Below are positions 49,056-62,030 of a stretch of DNA of 64,000 bases, piece by piece (the stretch's first letter is position 1; each line of letters begins with the position of its first letter). The DNA lies in assembly GCF_964194155.1 (NCBI RefSeq), contig NC_135897.1, positions 16,058,001 through 16,122,000 of the forward strand, given 5' to 3'. The notes under the pieces were generated by a model that saw nothing but the letters and a program-made list of their open reading frames with translations, did not search any database and was not told the origin of the DNA. The stretch comes from Cetorhinus maximus. Lineage: Eukaryota. The translations under genes and the position numbers were made by a program.

Positions 49056-51775
49056 AGCCTTCAAAAGGAAGGAAATAGGTGTACACGTTACTGTGGTCAG
49101 GGACATTTGAGTAATATTTAATCTGGGAAATAAGTGACCTTGTCAATTATTGCACAAGCTATGTTATACCTTGAGAGGCAAAAGAAAAGATAAGAAATAA
49201 AGTGTGTCAGGTCTTGTGATGGCACTTTTAGTTTCTTTGCAAACAATAGTTAGTGCAGTTCATGGATGAACAGTGAAATGAAATGCCACCCAGGCTCAGT
49301 AACCTTCTGCACATAAGTGAGCTCTGATGCATGAAAACAGGTGGAGATGGAATAAGGTGGCTGTTGGAAGAAAGGATCTATAACCTCCACTATTTTCCAT
49401 ATATAATAAGCAGAGCTTTTGTTGCATTTCAAAGGAACACAAATTCTCTTGAATGTATTACATTACTCTGTGGAAACATACACTCCACTCCCATAACAGT
49501 CCTTAAGAGCTGAGCATTTGTGCGTTTTAATGAGGTGGGTGTTGCACTGAATATCCCCAATAGTCCAGTCTTCAGATGGCGCAGCCTTGCAGCAGACAGA
49601 GAACTGAGAGATCTGTAATGAGGGTGAGGTCCAGTGTTATTTTATAACAGCAAGGCAAACAGCGTATTTCCTTCTGCATTACAGCAGCTTTTAATGGTTC
49701 ATTTTAGAAGTGGTAAACTCAAGTCGAGTGATAAAAGCATTTGCAGCATGAGGATATACACGATGAATATGGTTACTGATCATTTCAATGGATGTATATT
49801 GGTCTAGAATTTTCTGGGAATATAGTGAGCTTAGTGCATGAATAACCCAGCAACCTGTGATGAGCAAGAGATACGCTGTAAGGTTGTGGCTGGATAATTT
49901 GCACCACTCCACCATTAGCTTCACAAAAATGATACATCCTGCTGTCAGCCTCTCCGTGAGTTTGAAGAAATTGTTGAGTTTGTGCATTAATTGAACTTAT
50001 CACAGAAAGTTAGGGCTGGTACTTAACAATTTAAGGACCCTTTTAATGAGGAGATTTACATTCCTGCAATGCCGGTCACCTCTCCAGCCCAGGAATTGAA
50101 ACTGTGGAGATTCATTCCTGCTTGTAGTAAATTGTTTCCAGAGATTTTAAAATTCAAGATGTTTTTAAGTATTTTAAAGTATTCCTTTTCCTTTCTCTCT
50201 TTTTTCTCACTCTCTTAACCCAACCTTTCTTTCCCTCTTTTTGTTTTCCTTTCTGTACCTGATTTGACTCTAATTCACCTGATTTCCTGCTCTGTTGTTC
50301 CTCTCTTTCATTCTTTATTTTTAAATCTGATTAGTTAAGGAGATAGAATGTTAGTCGCATCATTTACCAAGGCCCCAGGTCTCCATTAACCTCACTGCAG
50401 CTGCTATCACCTGACACTTCCAGAAACTTGTACAATAAATCAATTGAAGATTGAGGGAAAAAGTCTAACTAACAGGGCAAAGTGTGAGCCTCCCTCCAGC
50501 AAACCCTGGGCCAATGTAAGGAAAAGTTCCACACCACAATTGTAGAAGATTTATAAGGTTGAAAGTCTCTGTGCTCGAACAATGTTTTCCCATGTTTTGC
50601 TAAGTTTAGAATATCGTGTCTGAGTCTGGGAGGTTGACAATCATCAAGGTAAGTGTGAGGGGTGAGGGTGATGGCTGTGATCACATAGCGGGTACTCAGT
50701 ATGACACAGGACTGTAATATTTTTGTGGGGCCTAGAGGTGCACACCTATTACTCAGGATCCCAGAAGAATAATTCCAGAAGCATCGCTTTGGCACCAATG
50801 CACATCAAATGGCACAGATTCCATCCAGTTCCAACCTAAGATGGTGATCAGGGTTCTAGGATCCCCATTTCCACACTAAAAAGGCCCGACCAACTGAAAC
50901 AGGCAGGCACTTTGATACCTAATGTTAGGCCCACTTCAAAATGGTGTCAAAGAAGCAGAAGGCTGCTGAACCCCTGTTAACTCCACGGCAAAAGCCAATC
51001 AGAAATGGCTTCTATCTTCTAGCTCACCAGTACCAAAGTAAACAAGGGCACACTGCCGCGTTGCATTGGTGACTCCTTTGCTCAAATGTTTATTGAGGTT
51101 TGGTGAAATGGTTTTCAGTTAGAAACATTCTTTGTCCAGTGTGCAGGAAGGAAAATCCCATCAGTGAAAAGGACAGTGTGAGATCACAGAGGATTTCCCC
51201 CTTACAAATCGTGCAAGCTGCCCTTCATATAGTCAAGAAGGCATTGCCTTCACTTCACCTGGAGAGAGGAGCAAAATGCAGCTGCACCACTGGAACATAG
51301 GAAAAGAGCTGGCCTTTCAGCCCCTCTAGTCTGTTCCACCATTCAATTAGATCAGGGCTGATCTGAGAGAGGGAAGAACAGGATGTCAACTACGTAAACA
51401 AGCTGCTCTAAAGCCTGAACTGTGCAGAGACAGAGACAAGCTTTCCTGTTGTCTGAAAAGTCCAGTATTCCTAAGTAAGTTGAGGATGTGTAGCTCAGTC
51501 TTAGAGGACTGGTTTTCTTCTAGGCCCACCTTCTCCCTAATGCAAGGCTTGCTCTCTGGAACCATGTGACTGGGGCAGCAGGCTACCACTGGGTTCAGAC
51601 TGAACAGCCACAGAGAGCATGGACATCTCTTCCGACATGTGCTGATGATGGCACAGCGCAACTCCAGCACGCGCTCAAAGGGCAATATACAACCCCTTGA
51701 GCCTGTTCTACCATTAAATCAAATCATGGTTTGTCAAAGTTAAAATCAGCCCATTACACAACATATAATGGAGAC

Positions 51776-52155
51776 GGTGGTGTAGTGGTAGTGTTGCTGG
51801 ACCAGTAATTAGAACAGGCTAATGCTCTGGGGATATGGGTTCAAATCCCACCATGGCAGCTGGTGAAAATTCAATTCAATTAATTAATCTGAAAGATAAA
51901 CCTAATCTCAATAATAGTGACCATGAAACTAACATTGATTATTGTAAAAACCCATCTGGCTCACTAATGCCCTTTAGGGAAAGAAGCCTGCTGGTCTGGC
52001 TTACACATGACTCCAGGTGCACAGCAATGTGGTTGACTTTTAACTGCCCTCTGAAATGGCCGAGCAAGTCATTCAGCTCAAGGAAAGTTAGGGATGAGCA
52101 GCCAATGCTGGCCTTGCCAGTGACACCCACATCCCATGAAAGAACAAAGAAAATT
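51776..52155 (+). mobile_element. tRNA-derived SINE (same family as 15097-15490)
   Basis: Colinear similarity, GGTTCAAATCCC B-box. Confidence 0.75.
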
Positions 52156-52819
52156 AATACATAAAGACTCCAGTAAATATGAACTTGTCCACGTATCAAA
52201 CATCCTCTTTCTGTTTTCGCTCTCACAAACGCTGCATGTCATGCTTTCTTTGGCATGACAGGGAAATTAGACAAAGGCCATTCATCCTGGGTCAACAGTA
52301 CATTAAACTTAAAATATTCACCTTGCTTTACTGATTTATATTGTTTTTCTTTGAATTAAATAAAAGAAAAATCATCATTTTAAAAATATACACCAATTTC
52401 ACACACTTTTTTTAAAGAAACGCATTCATTGCTTACGGATCTACTTAGCAGTTTCAGATCAATTCCACCGATTTAAATTCAACCAGCCAGTGAGTTATGC
52501 TCAGGCAACTTAACTTGACAATAATTTATGTGAATACAGTGTAATCAACAAATTATAGGCATGAGGTACAAATTTAAATTGAGTATTCCACAATTCTCAT
52601 GACCATGCTCTGCTAACCCCACCTAATAGGTCTCAAAGTGATAATAAAACATTGTGTTGCACGTTGTTGAATATCACAATAATGAATCCCTCCATGGTCT
52701 CCCCCCTCCCTGCCTCTGTTATCTACCCCAGCACCACTGAGATTTCTGAACTCCTCAAAATTCTGGCCTCTCTGATTTTAATCACTTCACCATTGGTGGA
52801 GGTGCCTTCATTTGCCTTA

Positions 52820-53162
52820 TATAAAATTCTGACAGGGCTGTAGAGACTGGGTGTGGGGATGATGTTTCCCCTGGCTGGGAGTTTTGAAACAAGGGGTCAC
52901 AGTCTCAGGGTATGGGGTAGACCATTTAGGACTGTGATGAGGAGAAACTTCATCACTCAGAGTGGTAAACCTGTGGAATCCTCTACCACAGAAGGCTGTG
53001 GAGGCTAAGTCATTGAATATATATAAGGAAACACTCTAAAGGTATCAAGGGGTATGGGGAGAGTGTGGGGGTACGGTGTTGGGATAGAGGTTCAGCCATG
53101 GTCACACTGAAAGGCGGGGCAGGCTTGATAGGCTGAACGACCTATTCCTGCTCCTATGTTTC
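52820..53162 (+). mobile_element. CR1 3' fragment inserted in an L2-like tail (52690-53370)
   Basis: TATAAAATTCTGACAGGGCT...AAGGGGTCACAGTCTC...CCTGCTCCTATGTTTCT, with L2-like sequence resuming afterwards. Confidence 0.7.
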
Positions 53163-53886
53163 TAAGCTCTGGGATTGTTTCCTGAAACCTCTGCCTGTCT
53201 TTCATTTTTAAGATGCTCCTTAAAGTCTACCTCTTTGACCAAGCTTTTGGACATTTGCCTTAGATGTCTTGGTGTCAGATTTTGCTTCCTAACACGCCTG
53301 TGAAGCTCCTTGGGGCACTTTACAATGTTAAAGATACTTTCCAAATACGTGTTGTTCTTGTTGCTGTTGATTCTTCATTGAAAAAGGACTGACTATGATG
53401 GGTATGACCCCTTTTAAGAGTGGTATGGCCTTGTGGCTGGGGAAATCAGTCAATAATCAATAATGTTATGGCATAACAAGGATATTTGTTATTTAACAGT
53501 TTAAAGGGAATTCTGAAGGCTGGGGCTAAATTCTGCCCCTATTTTCAGCATTCACCTTTCAAATAGTGTAAGTTAAACAATGTGCACAACAGCAGTGAAA
53601 TTTCACTGGTTAACCTCTATCACTGTCTCCACATGACACATATTGGTTCCACCTAGCCTCAAATCCTGCCTCACTCGAACTGCTGATCTAAAAATTCCAG
53701 GCACTTATCTCAGGATGAATCAGGAACAGACCCAGACTGATAGATATCCAAATCTGATTCCTCCCCAGTGCAATAATCAACCATTAACAGCAGCGAATAA
53801 TCTCACAACTCAGTTGGTTATATCGGAACTGGAGGCATGAATAACGGCCAAATGGTGAGCTGCGAAATCAGCCAGTTAAGAAACTT

Positions 53887-54240
53887 ACACACACGCACAG
53901 GATCAGAGAAATACAGACAAACACACACAAATACGCACATACACACCACAGAGTCAGAGATGCCCACACACGCACATACACACACACACAATCTCTCTCA
54001 CACACACACACAATCTCTCTCTCACACATGTACATACACACATATAGAGTCAGGGGTGCACACTCTCTCGCACACCAGGCTCAAACACACAGTGTCGCAC
54101 ACACAAATGCACAAACCGACTGAGACACCGAAACACACACATACAAAGCCTCTCTCACAGGCACAGACTCAGAGACACATACACAGTCTCAAAAATATAC
54201 ATACTCTTACACACAGTCTCCCACAACTCACACACACACA
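53887..54240 (+). repeat. Degenerate (CA)n tract
   Basis: Seen directly. Confidence 0.85.
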
Positions 54241-56099
54241 GCCCATACTAACTTGTTTGTGTCACAGAAAGATTGACCTGATATTACCAGCATGGATGTT
54301 TAGAATCTTCAGTAAGCGATGTTTGGGACACACTGCAGTGAGGCAATGCTACTAGTAATGCTGGGGGTTCTCGGGGAGGCTGTGTTACACAATACGTGGC
54401 TCAGGCTTTCTCCATTTTCAGCACTCTGCTTTCTGCTCTGGTGAATTTCCTCACTTTCCGGCTGTGGTTCTGAAGCTATAGACACATCCATTGCCCACTC
54501 CCCCCCCCCCGCCATCCACCAACTCCAACTACCCCTCACAACCTCCAAAAACATCCACCACCTCTGTCTGCTCATCACCATCCTCCCCCACACCCGCCAC
54601 TAACCCACAACTTCCATCACACTGATTAAGCCCTCCTCTCGCAGGCACCTACCCACCATTCACGCTGCACTCCAGCACCACCACTCCCAGTCTACTTACA
54701 AACAACCACCCACACTCAAAAAAAAATAACAATCTGACCCTAGCGTTGCTCTCAAAGAGCCCCAGCTGGGATCCTGAAAGCTTTCACTGAACAGTTAACA
54801 CTTCACCACTCAGACTGGGGAAATCCAACTCTCATTAACAAAGAAAACGAGGTGACAATGTAGACTTTCTTCCGTCCCAGGTGCCGAACAATGATTTCCC
54901 CTTGAGGTGGGGAGCCGTATTAGTGGGACAGAGTGTATGTCAGGCAGGGTGCAGGAAATTGTTAGAATCCCAGCTCCCTGTAACCTCCCCTCCCCCTTAT
55001 TGTCCTCCGAAAGCTCTCCCTGCTATCTTGACGTCTCGCAAGTCCCGTTTGGATGAGGGAGGATGTGACTCGCAGGCAAAATGGGTTTGAAATGGCTTGG
55101 GGAAGGAGGAGGAGGAGGGGTGGGATGTGAAGCCCACATCTCCCCGGAGACCCTCATTAGGAGTCTCATTGAAAGCAATGTGTTAATGAACTCTCAGAGT
55201 GGCGACATTGAGGCACTCCTCAAGCTGCTCAACAAGCGTCTCGAAGGCACTGGTTGCAATAATGAGGCCATCCACGCTTCTTCAGAGAGAAACATACCAA
55301 GCTTTCCGATTAAAGGGAGCGGTAAGGGGTGGAGGGGCTCAAAAAAAAACAAATTGTCTATTTACGTCCTTAAATATTCGTAAAGAGAGATAGGATGGGT
55401 GCTTTGCTGATTCCGAACTAGCGGGACTCTGCACTAAACACTGAGCTGATAAGGCGGGGGAAAAGTGGAAAGCGCATAGCGAGCAGAAAGAAATGATATC
55501 AATGCGTGTTATACCTGAACCCCCAGCGTCACTCTCGTTCAGGTTCTGGGTGCTTTTAAAAAGGGGAAGCTGCCTTCCAGAAATTGAGCAAATACAAATC
55601 ATGTACAATATTATATTGTGGTCACATTGCCAGTAGTCTCGGTATTTCAAACACTAATGAAATAGGCAGAAAAACAATAGCCAGGAGATGGAATGTAACA
55701 ATGAAGTTCCACTAAGACATTTGTACAACACAACGTCTGTGGTATTAACATCCAAATGATACTCTATATAATCACCAGGTTCACAGGTCACCATGATATT
55801 GTCGAAACAGCATGAATCACTTTGAAAGATGTTCTTATACTGTCAGCGCGATGCTGCCCATTGTTTAATATGGTGAGGTGTACAAGGGCTCTCCTCGACC
55901 CACTGTATGTGTTAACTAATTTATCACCCAGACATCCCGAAAAGAACATTTTCACCTCATGTACATGTACAAAAAAAACCATAAAAGCGGTTCTTGCCGT
56001 TCCCTCATCTCGGAATGTCTCAAATTCTGGAATCAAGTCAGTCTCTAACTGCCCTCATCCATCCACCTTGTCCCGGAATATATAGCTTTTCAGAACCCC

Positions 56100-56465
56100 T
56101 GCACACACACACTGACACAGACAAGATATTGACACACTCTCACAAACTGACACCCACACACACAAATACACGCACACACTCCCATGCATCACACATTCAC
56201 ACACACATCACAGATATCCGCACACAGGTAGACACACACACTGTATATCACACAAACACGGACACTCACAGACACCCACACACTTACAGTCACACACCGA
56301 GATTCACACTCACACAGATACACAGGCATTCGCACACACATCACACAGATACGTACACTCACAGATACACACACAGGCATTCACAGAAAGATTCACACAC
56401 ACATTCGCACAATGATACACTTTTCCCCCCTCACACTTTCTCTCTTGCACACACATTCAGCACAA
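56100..56465 (+). repeat. Degenerate (CA)n tract
   Basis: Seen directly. Confidence 0.85.
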
Positions 56466-56902
56466 TCTGCAAGAGTTCAGTTTTATTTTTACGAGTCACC
56501 TAATTAAGCATCGCTGGCTGCCCCTCCAGTCAAGCTCCGGAAAGTGCCGGAGTCTAAATAGGAGAAGGGGGTCCCATCCTGGGAAAAAGCGAACGAAACC
56601 CGAGGTAAATCCACCGGGCGCGCAGAGAATTCCAATCCCTTAGCCCCAAAAACACTGCATTGCAGCTGCAAGAGAAACTGGTGCTGGAAAGGGAATATAA
56701 CCGATCAACATCTGTTTGCAAATGAATAATACAGATTACTTTTGAAAAAAAAACTAATCAGTCCTTCTCCAAAAGCACTGGGAGACTCTGCTGCAACTTT
56801 TTTTAAACATGCAAGTTTTGTTTTAAAACAAGACGAACAATTGCAAGGCTGCAAACGAGGGTAAATCACAGTGAATAGCAGGAGAATTAGGGGAGTTGTT
56901 AC

Positions 56903-56954
56903 CTTCCACAGCACCGACTGCAGACAGCAGGCAGAGGATGAGAATGGGAATCAT
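56903..56954 (-). CDS. Putative first coding exon (signal peptide) of an unidentified secreted or membrane protein gene
   Basis: AAAACT-ATG (A at -3) followed by MIPILILCLLSAVGAVE plus 1 nt (52 nt), then AAG|GTAACA donor (phase 1). Hydrophobic core with a VGA cleavage motif. Non-repetitive, CpG-richer context and CCAAT boxes upstream. Confidence 0.65.
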
Positions 56955-57049
56955 AGTTTTGGATCCTGCCCGGGGGGGTCTCCTCCTGCTGCTGCTGGTT
57001 ATATTCCAGATTGCGGAGTGCCACTCTCCTGCCTCTGTGTACACTCACA

Positions 57050-57200
57050 TTGCAGCTTCGGCAGCGGCGGAGCGGAGTTCTCGCACACAGAGCGGGGTCT
57101 GGGGAAGGCTGGCACCCAGACCCCCAGCATCAAACCCCTTCCAATCACCGGCTCTCATTGCTCCCTACCCGACCAATCACCAGCCGGCCCAACCCACAAC
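57050..57200 (-). promoter_or_regulatory. Putative core promoter with two CCAAT boxes
   Basis: CCAATCACC at 57141 and 57173 (32 bp apart), with a GC/CpG-rich stretch running toward the exon. Confidence 0.55.
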
Positions 57201-57336
57201 TAGGGCTGGCAAACAGGGGGGTGGCTATGAGAAATAGCAAACTTTGCACTATTCAAGGAGCTGGGAGTGCAAATAAAAGTGAGATGGCACTATCTAGTGG
57301 GAAGGAAGGGTACTGCACACTCAAACTTTGAGGATT

Positions 57337-57490
57337 GGTGTGAGTATGTGTCTGTGTGTGGGTGTATGTGGGTGTGAGTGTCTGTGGGTGTGTGTACGTT
57401 TGCATGTGTGTAAGTGTGTGGTATGTGCATAAGGGTGTGTGTGTGAATGCATGTACGTGTGTATGTGTGTGTGTGGACGTGTGCATGTGC
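57337..57490 (+). repeat. Degenerate (GT)n tract
   Basis: Seen directly. Confidence 0.85.
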
Positions 57491-57589
57491 TCACACACAC
57501 TTCCCATCTCGAACATTTTCATAATTAGTAGACAAAGTGTTCAAAGAAAACAAACGGATAACATCACTTTTCCTAATGCAACCATGATT

Positions 57590-58555
57590 TAGAATCATAG
57601 AACCATAGAACACTACAGCACAGAAAACAGGCCATTTGGCCCTTCTAGTCTGTGCCGAAATATTATTCCGCTAGTCCCATTGACCTGCACCTAGTCCATA
57701 ACCCTCCAGACCTCTCCCATCCATGTATCTATCTAATTTATTCTTAAAACTTAAGAGTGAGCCTGCATTTACCACGTCAGATGGTAGCTCGTTCCACACT
57801 CCCACCACTCTCTGAGTGAAGAAGTTCCCCCTAATGTTCCCCCTAAACCTTTCCCCTTTCACCCTAAAGCCATGTCCTCTCGTGTTTATTTCTCCTAATC
57901 TAAGTGGAAAGAGCCTACTCGCATTTACTTTGTCTATACCCCTCACAATTTTGTAAACTTCTATCAAATCTCCCCTCATTCTTCTACGCTCCAAGGAATA
58001 AAGTCCTAACCTGTTTAATCTTTCCCTGTAACTCAACTCCTTAAGACCCGGCAACATCCTAGTAAATCTTCTCTGCACTCTCTCAATCTTACTGATATCC
58101 TTCCTGTAGTTAGGTGACCAGAACTGCACACAATACTCCAAAGTTGGCCTCACCAATGTCTTATACAACCTCACCATAGCATCCCAACTCCTATACTCAA
58201 TACTTTGTTTTATGAAGGCCAGTATGCCAAAAGCTTTCTTTACAACCCTGTCTACCTGTGATGCCACTTTCAGGGAATTGTATCTGAACTCCCAGATCCT
58301 TTTGTTCCTCCGCACTCCTCAGTGCCCTACCATTTACTGTGTATGTCCTATCTTGGTTTGACCTTCCAAAATGTAACACCTCATACTTTTCCGCATTAAA
58401 TTCCATCTGCCATTTTCTGGCCCATTTTTCCAGTTGGTCCAGATCTCTCTGCAAGCTTTGAAAGCCTTCCTCGCTGTCCACAACGCCTCCAATCTTAGTG
58501 TCATCAGCAAACTTGCTGATCTAATTCACCACATTATCATCCAAATCATTGATAT
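57590..58555 (-). mobile_element. Young 5'-truncated CR1 LINE
   Basis: Nearly intact ORF2 C-terminus (LYKTLVRPTLEYCVQFWSP...RGDLIEVYKI...FFTQRVVGVWNELP) with one frameshift, and an 8-bp tandem tail (TTCTATGG/A). Confidence 0.95.
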
Positions 58556-58789
58556 TTAGCTCTTGGATTTACTCACAGTGACGGGAAGATTATATTTCAA
58601 TGGATAGTCCCGGACAATACTCAAGAGTTAACAACCCAATCATTAACAGACAAGGCAAATCCATAGGGTAGCTTCAATTTTGAAAAAAGATACATTCCTT
58701 CTTATTGCTTTGAGGTAGACACATTTTGGTGGTGACTTCATTCTGCATATGTAGAGGAGGGCCATTACGCTAATGCCCTGTTTAGAGCA

Positions 58790-59200
58790 CCCTAGCTATC
58801 AAGATAGGCTCTAGAGTTGGCACTCTATGCTTTAGAGAAGCATCAACTTAGGGGAGATCTGGATGAGGTTTGTAAGGTGATGAAGGGAATAGATTATGTT
58901 CCAATTCACAGTTTCCTACAATTCAACAGCTTTGGGAGGACCTGGGGTGAGAATGTTAAGTTGTTCAAGGTCAGATCTAGGTTAGAAATCAGGAGCTGGT
59001 TCAGTTCCCATAGAATAATGGATCTCTGGAACAGGCTGTTAGATTGTTTGGTGGACACTGACTCACTGAATTCCTTCAAGCGAGAGCTAGACCTGTTTAA
59101 GATTGTGGAGAGGGGATTGGGTGGGGCAAGAGTGGAGATCACTTTGTACAAAAAGTACGAATTGTAAGAAATGATCAGGGCCAGGGTTGGAGAGAAGACA
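58790..59200 (+). mobile_element. Old CR1 LINE 3' fragment
   Basis: LYALEKHQLRGDLDEVCKVMKG...LWNRL remnant. Confidence 0.75.
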
Positions 59201-60049
59201 CCCAGAACTTTGTTTCCACCAAATTGGCCTTTTTTTTAGGCTCTCCCAGGAGACTGCATCCATGGTACCCCTGACAGTGTAGCACTCTCTCAATACTGCA
59301 TTGGGCCATCTGCCTGCAAGTGTACAAATATGTTGGTGAGTATCATGGTACTTTCATCTTTACCTGAGGAAGGGGAGAAGATAACTAATTGTTTTAAAAA
59401 GGTCTCACTTTGGTGTCCCCTTACCTGTGTTCAAACTAAAACTTGTATTTATATAGTACCTTTAACATGAAAGCTGCTATAGCAGTGCAAGTTTTCCCTT
59501 GGAGGTTGAAGCAAATGGTTTTGATTTAAGAGTGTTTTCCCAACAATGATGTCAATTCACTCCACATAGTTCCCATCAGTAGCAGCTCAGAGTAGATGTG
59601 TAAACATGGAGCTTGCTCATCATTGTTGTGTCGAATGAAGAATGCATTTAATTGATCATAACATTGCACAACTCTGTCCCTGCCTCAGTTCATCTGCTGT
59701 TAAAACCTTTGTCCATGCCTTTGTTACCTCTAGACTTGGCTGCACCACATCTCTCCTGACCAGTCTCCACCTTCCACCCTAAACTTAGGCTCATTAAAGA
59801 ACTCTGCTGCTTATATCCTAACTCGCACCAAGTCCCACTCATACGCACCACTTTTCTCATTAACCTACATTGGCTCCCATTCCAGCAATACCTTGTTTTC
59901 AAATACTTCCATGACCTAACAATGATGAGCAAGCTCCATGTTTACACATCTACTCTGAGCTGCTACTGATGGGAACTATGTGGAGTGAAGTGACATCATT
60001 GTTGGGAGAACATCTTAAATCAAAACCATTTGCTTCAACCTCCAAGGGA

Positions 60050-60405
60050 AAACTTGCATTGCTATAGCACCTTTCACATCCTAGAACATCAGTAAGGACT
60101 TTGATGCGTCACAGCCAATTTAAATGAGTAAGTTCCAATGATCAGTATGAATGAATCACCAGTTAATCTGTTCTGGTGACATAGGTTGAGGGATGACTAT
60201 TGGCAAGGATATCAGGAAAACACCTTAAAAAAAATGTAATGGGGTCTTTTATACTTATCTGGCCAACCAGATGGAACCTCAGTGTTAATTTCTTAGTACT
60301 GCCAGGGATATCAGTCTAGGTTACATCCTCAAGTCTTGCAGTGGGGTTTGACCCCACTCCTGTCTGATTCAGAGATGCAAGCCCTACCATTGAGCCAAGC
60401 TGACA
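60050..60405 (-). mobile_element. DeuSINE (degenerate)
   Basis: Reverse-complement tail AACTTGCATTGCTATAGCACCTTTC and head CTACCATTGAGCCAAGCTG. Confidence 0.6.
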
Positions 60406-61417
60406 TCAAGCTATTCAAAAGGGCAAAGCAATCAATGAGCATTTTCAATCATTACTTACACTACAAATACTTTGCCTCAGTATTTACCAGGAAAGCTAAC
60501 AAGGTGGACACAGCACCGGGAAAAAAAAATCAAGACATTTAAGATAGAAATTGGGGCGGGCGGGATAATAAATTTAGAGAGCATAAACTGCAGGGTCCCA
60601 AAAAGGAGCAAGCAATGAGATAGCAGAGGCACGATAACATACCATAAAAAATCATTACAAAATGGAATAGTGCCAGAGGACTGGTGGACAGCTAATGTTA
60701 TTTCTATGTTTTAAAAGGGAGATAGAACAAGCCCAGGGAAATATAGACCAGTCAGCTTAATGCCAGTGGTAGTAAAGATAATAGAATCTTCGCTCAAAGA
60801 TGTAATAGAAAAATGTCTAGAAACCGAAAATATAATAAAGGGTAGTCAGCATGGATTCCGAAAGGGGAGGTCATGCTTGAACTACTTTATTGAATCCTCG
60901 AAGAAGTAACAGGTAGTATCGATAGGGATAATGCAATAGTTGTAATATACTTGCGTCTTCAAAAGGTCTTTGATAAGGTACAGTATAATAAATCCGCGAC
61001 TAAGGTCAGAGCACGTAGAATTAGCAGCCAGGTAGCAGAATGGATAGCAAGCTGGTAAGAAAGCAGAGAGTAGGGGTTAAATGTAGTTACTTAGCCTAAC
61101 AGAGATTGGAAATGCTGTTCAACAAGGAATAGTATCTGGACCACTGTTGTTCATTTACATAAAGAATTTGGATGTACATTGACAACATTTTCAGATAATA
61201 CAAAATTGGGGTTATAGTTAATCCTGAAATGAGCTGCAACAATTTACAAGCAGAAATTAATAAACTTGCAGAATGGGCATGTAAATGACAAATGAAGTTC
61301 AGTATAGGTAAGTGTGAGGTGGTGCATCTTAGAAGAATAATGTGCAACATAGTGCTCAACAAATAAGAGTCTGAATGTGTTTTGGGGATAGAGGTGGACA
61401 TACCATTAAAAGTTGCA

Positions 61418-62030
61418 GGGTTCATCCCGAGCAGTTCTGTAACACAGGACTCTGTGCTCTACAGGCTGTTCCCAGGGACGCACACAGAGACAAACATCAA
61501 CTGCAGCTGGAGGATCATCAACTCCGTGAAAGACGCTCTTTGGTCTGCCCGAAACTTGTTGGTCTTCCAGTGCAAAGAGTTGTCCCCGACCGAGTGTTGC
61601 AGACTGGCACATTCCAAAGTCCAGGACTACGTGCTGAGAGACTCACTAAAGCTTGGGGCAGCCGCTGCAAAGGCGCAATGGGGAAAGGTCGCTGTCTAAG
61701 ACATTTCTGTCACAGTGCACCGAGGGGCTGGGAACTGTTGAGAGCCCCTCGGGCTGTACAGCTCAAAATGAATGTATGCAGTGAATACTAAGTGTATTAT
61801 AAATGTATTGAAGCACCTCAGAGAGCAACATGATGTATGTTGATAACTCCAATACCTTTGTCTGATTGTCTGCATTGACCATATTGAAATGATTGTAATA
61901 TTCATTGATTGTATTGATGCACCTTGTGATACATGTGTAAATCTGATTGTACTTTTTGTGATAGTGATTTTGAAATGGTTTGGAATGTTCTGCCAAATAT
62001 TTTATGAATAAAGTATATTTTTCAAAAAAC
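61418..62030 (+). mobile_element. 5'-truncated Tx1/L1-clade LINE 3' end
   Basis: Open C-terminus (VLYRLFPG...WRIINSVKDALWSARNLLVFQ...QWGKVAV*), 3' UTR, AATAAA at 62007, A-tail, TSD ATTAAAAGTTGCA (61405-61417 and 62036-62048). Confidence 0.8.

Noticed and set aside
55513-55560. Possible second exon on the minus strand ending CAG|GTATAA
   Set aside because: Both nearby acceptors give an in-frame stop when joined to the phase-1 first exon.
56896-57237. Plus-strand ORF with a hydrophobic stretch (MRMGIIVLDPARGGLLLLLLVIFQ)
   Set aside because: No convincing splice donor or upstream promoter. The poly-Leu comes from a short CTG/CTC repeat. The minus-strand exon fits better.
57671-58315. 214-aa RT-related ORF as a host gene or novel retro-system
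   Set aside because: It is an ordinary 5'-truncated CR1 ORF2 C-terminus with its 3' tail.
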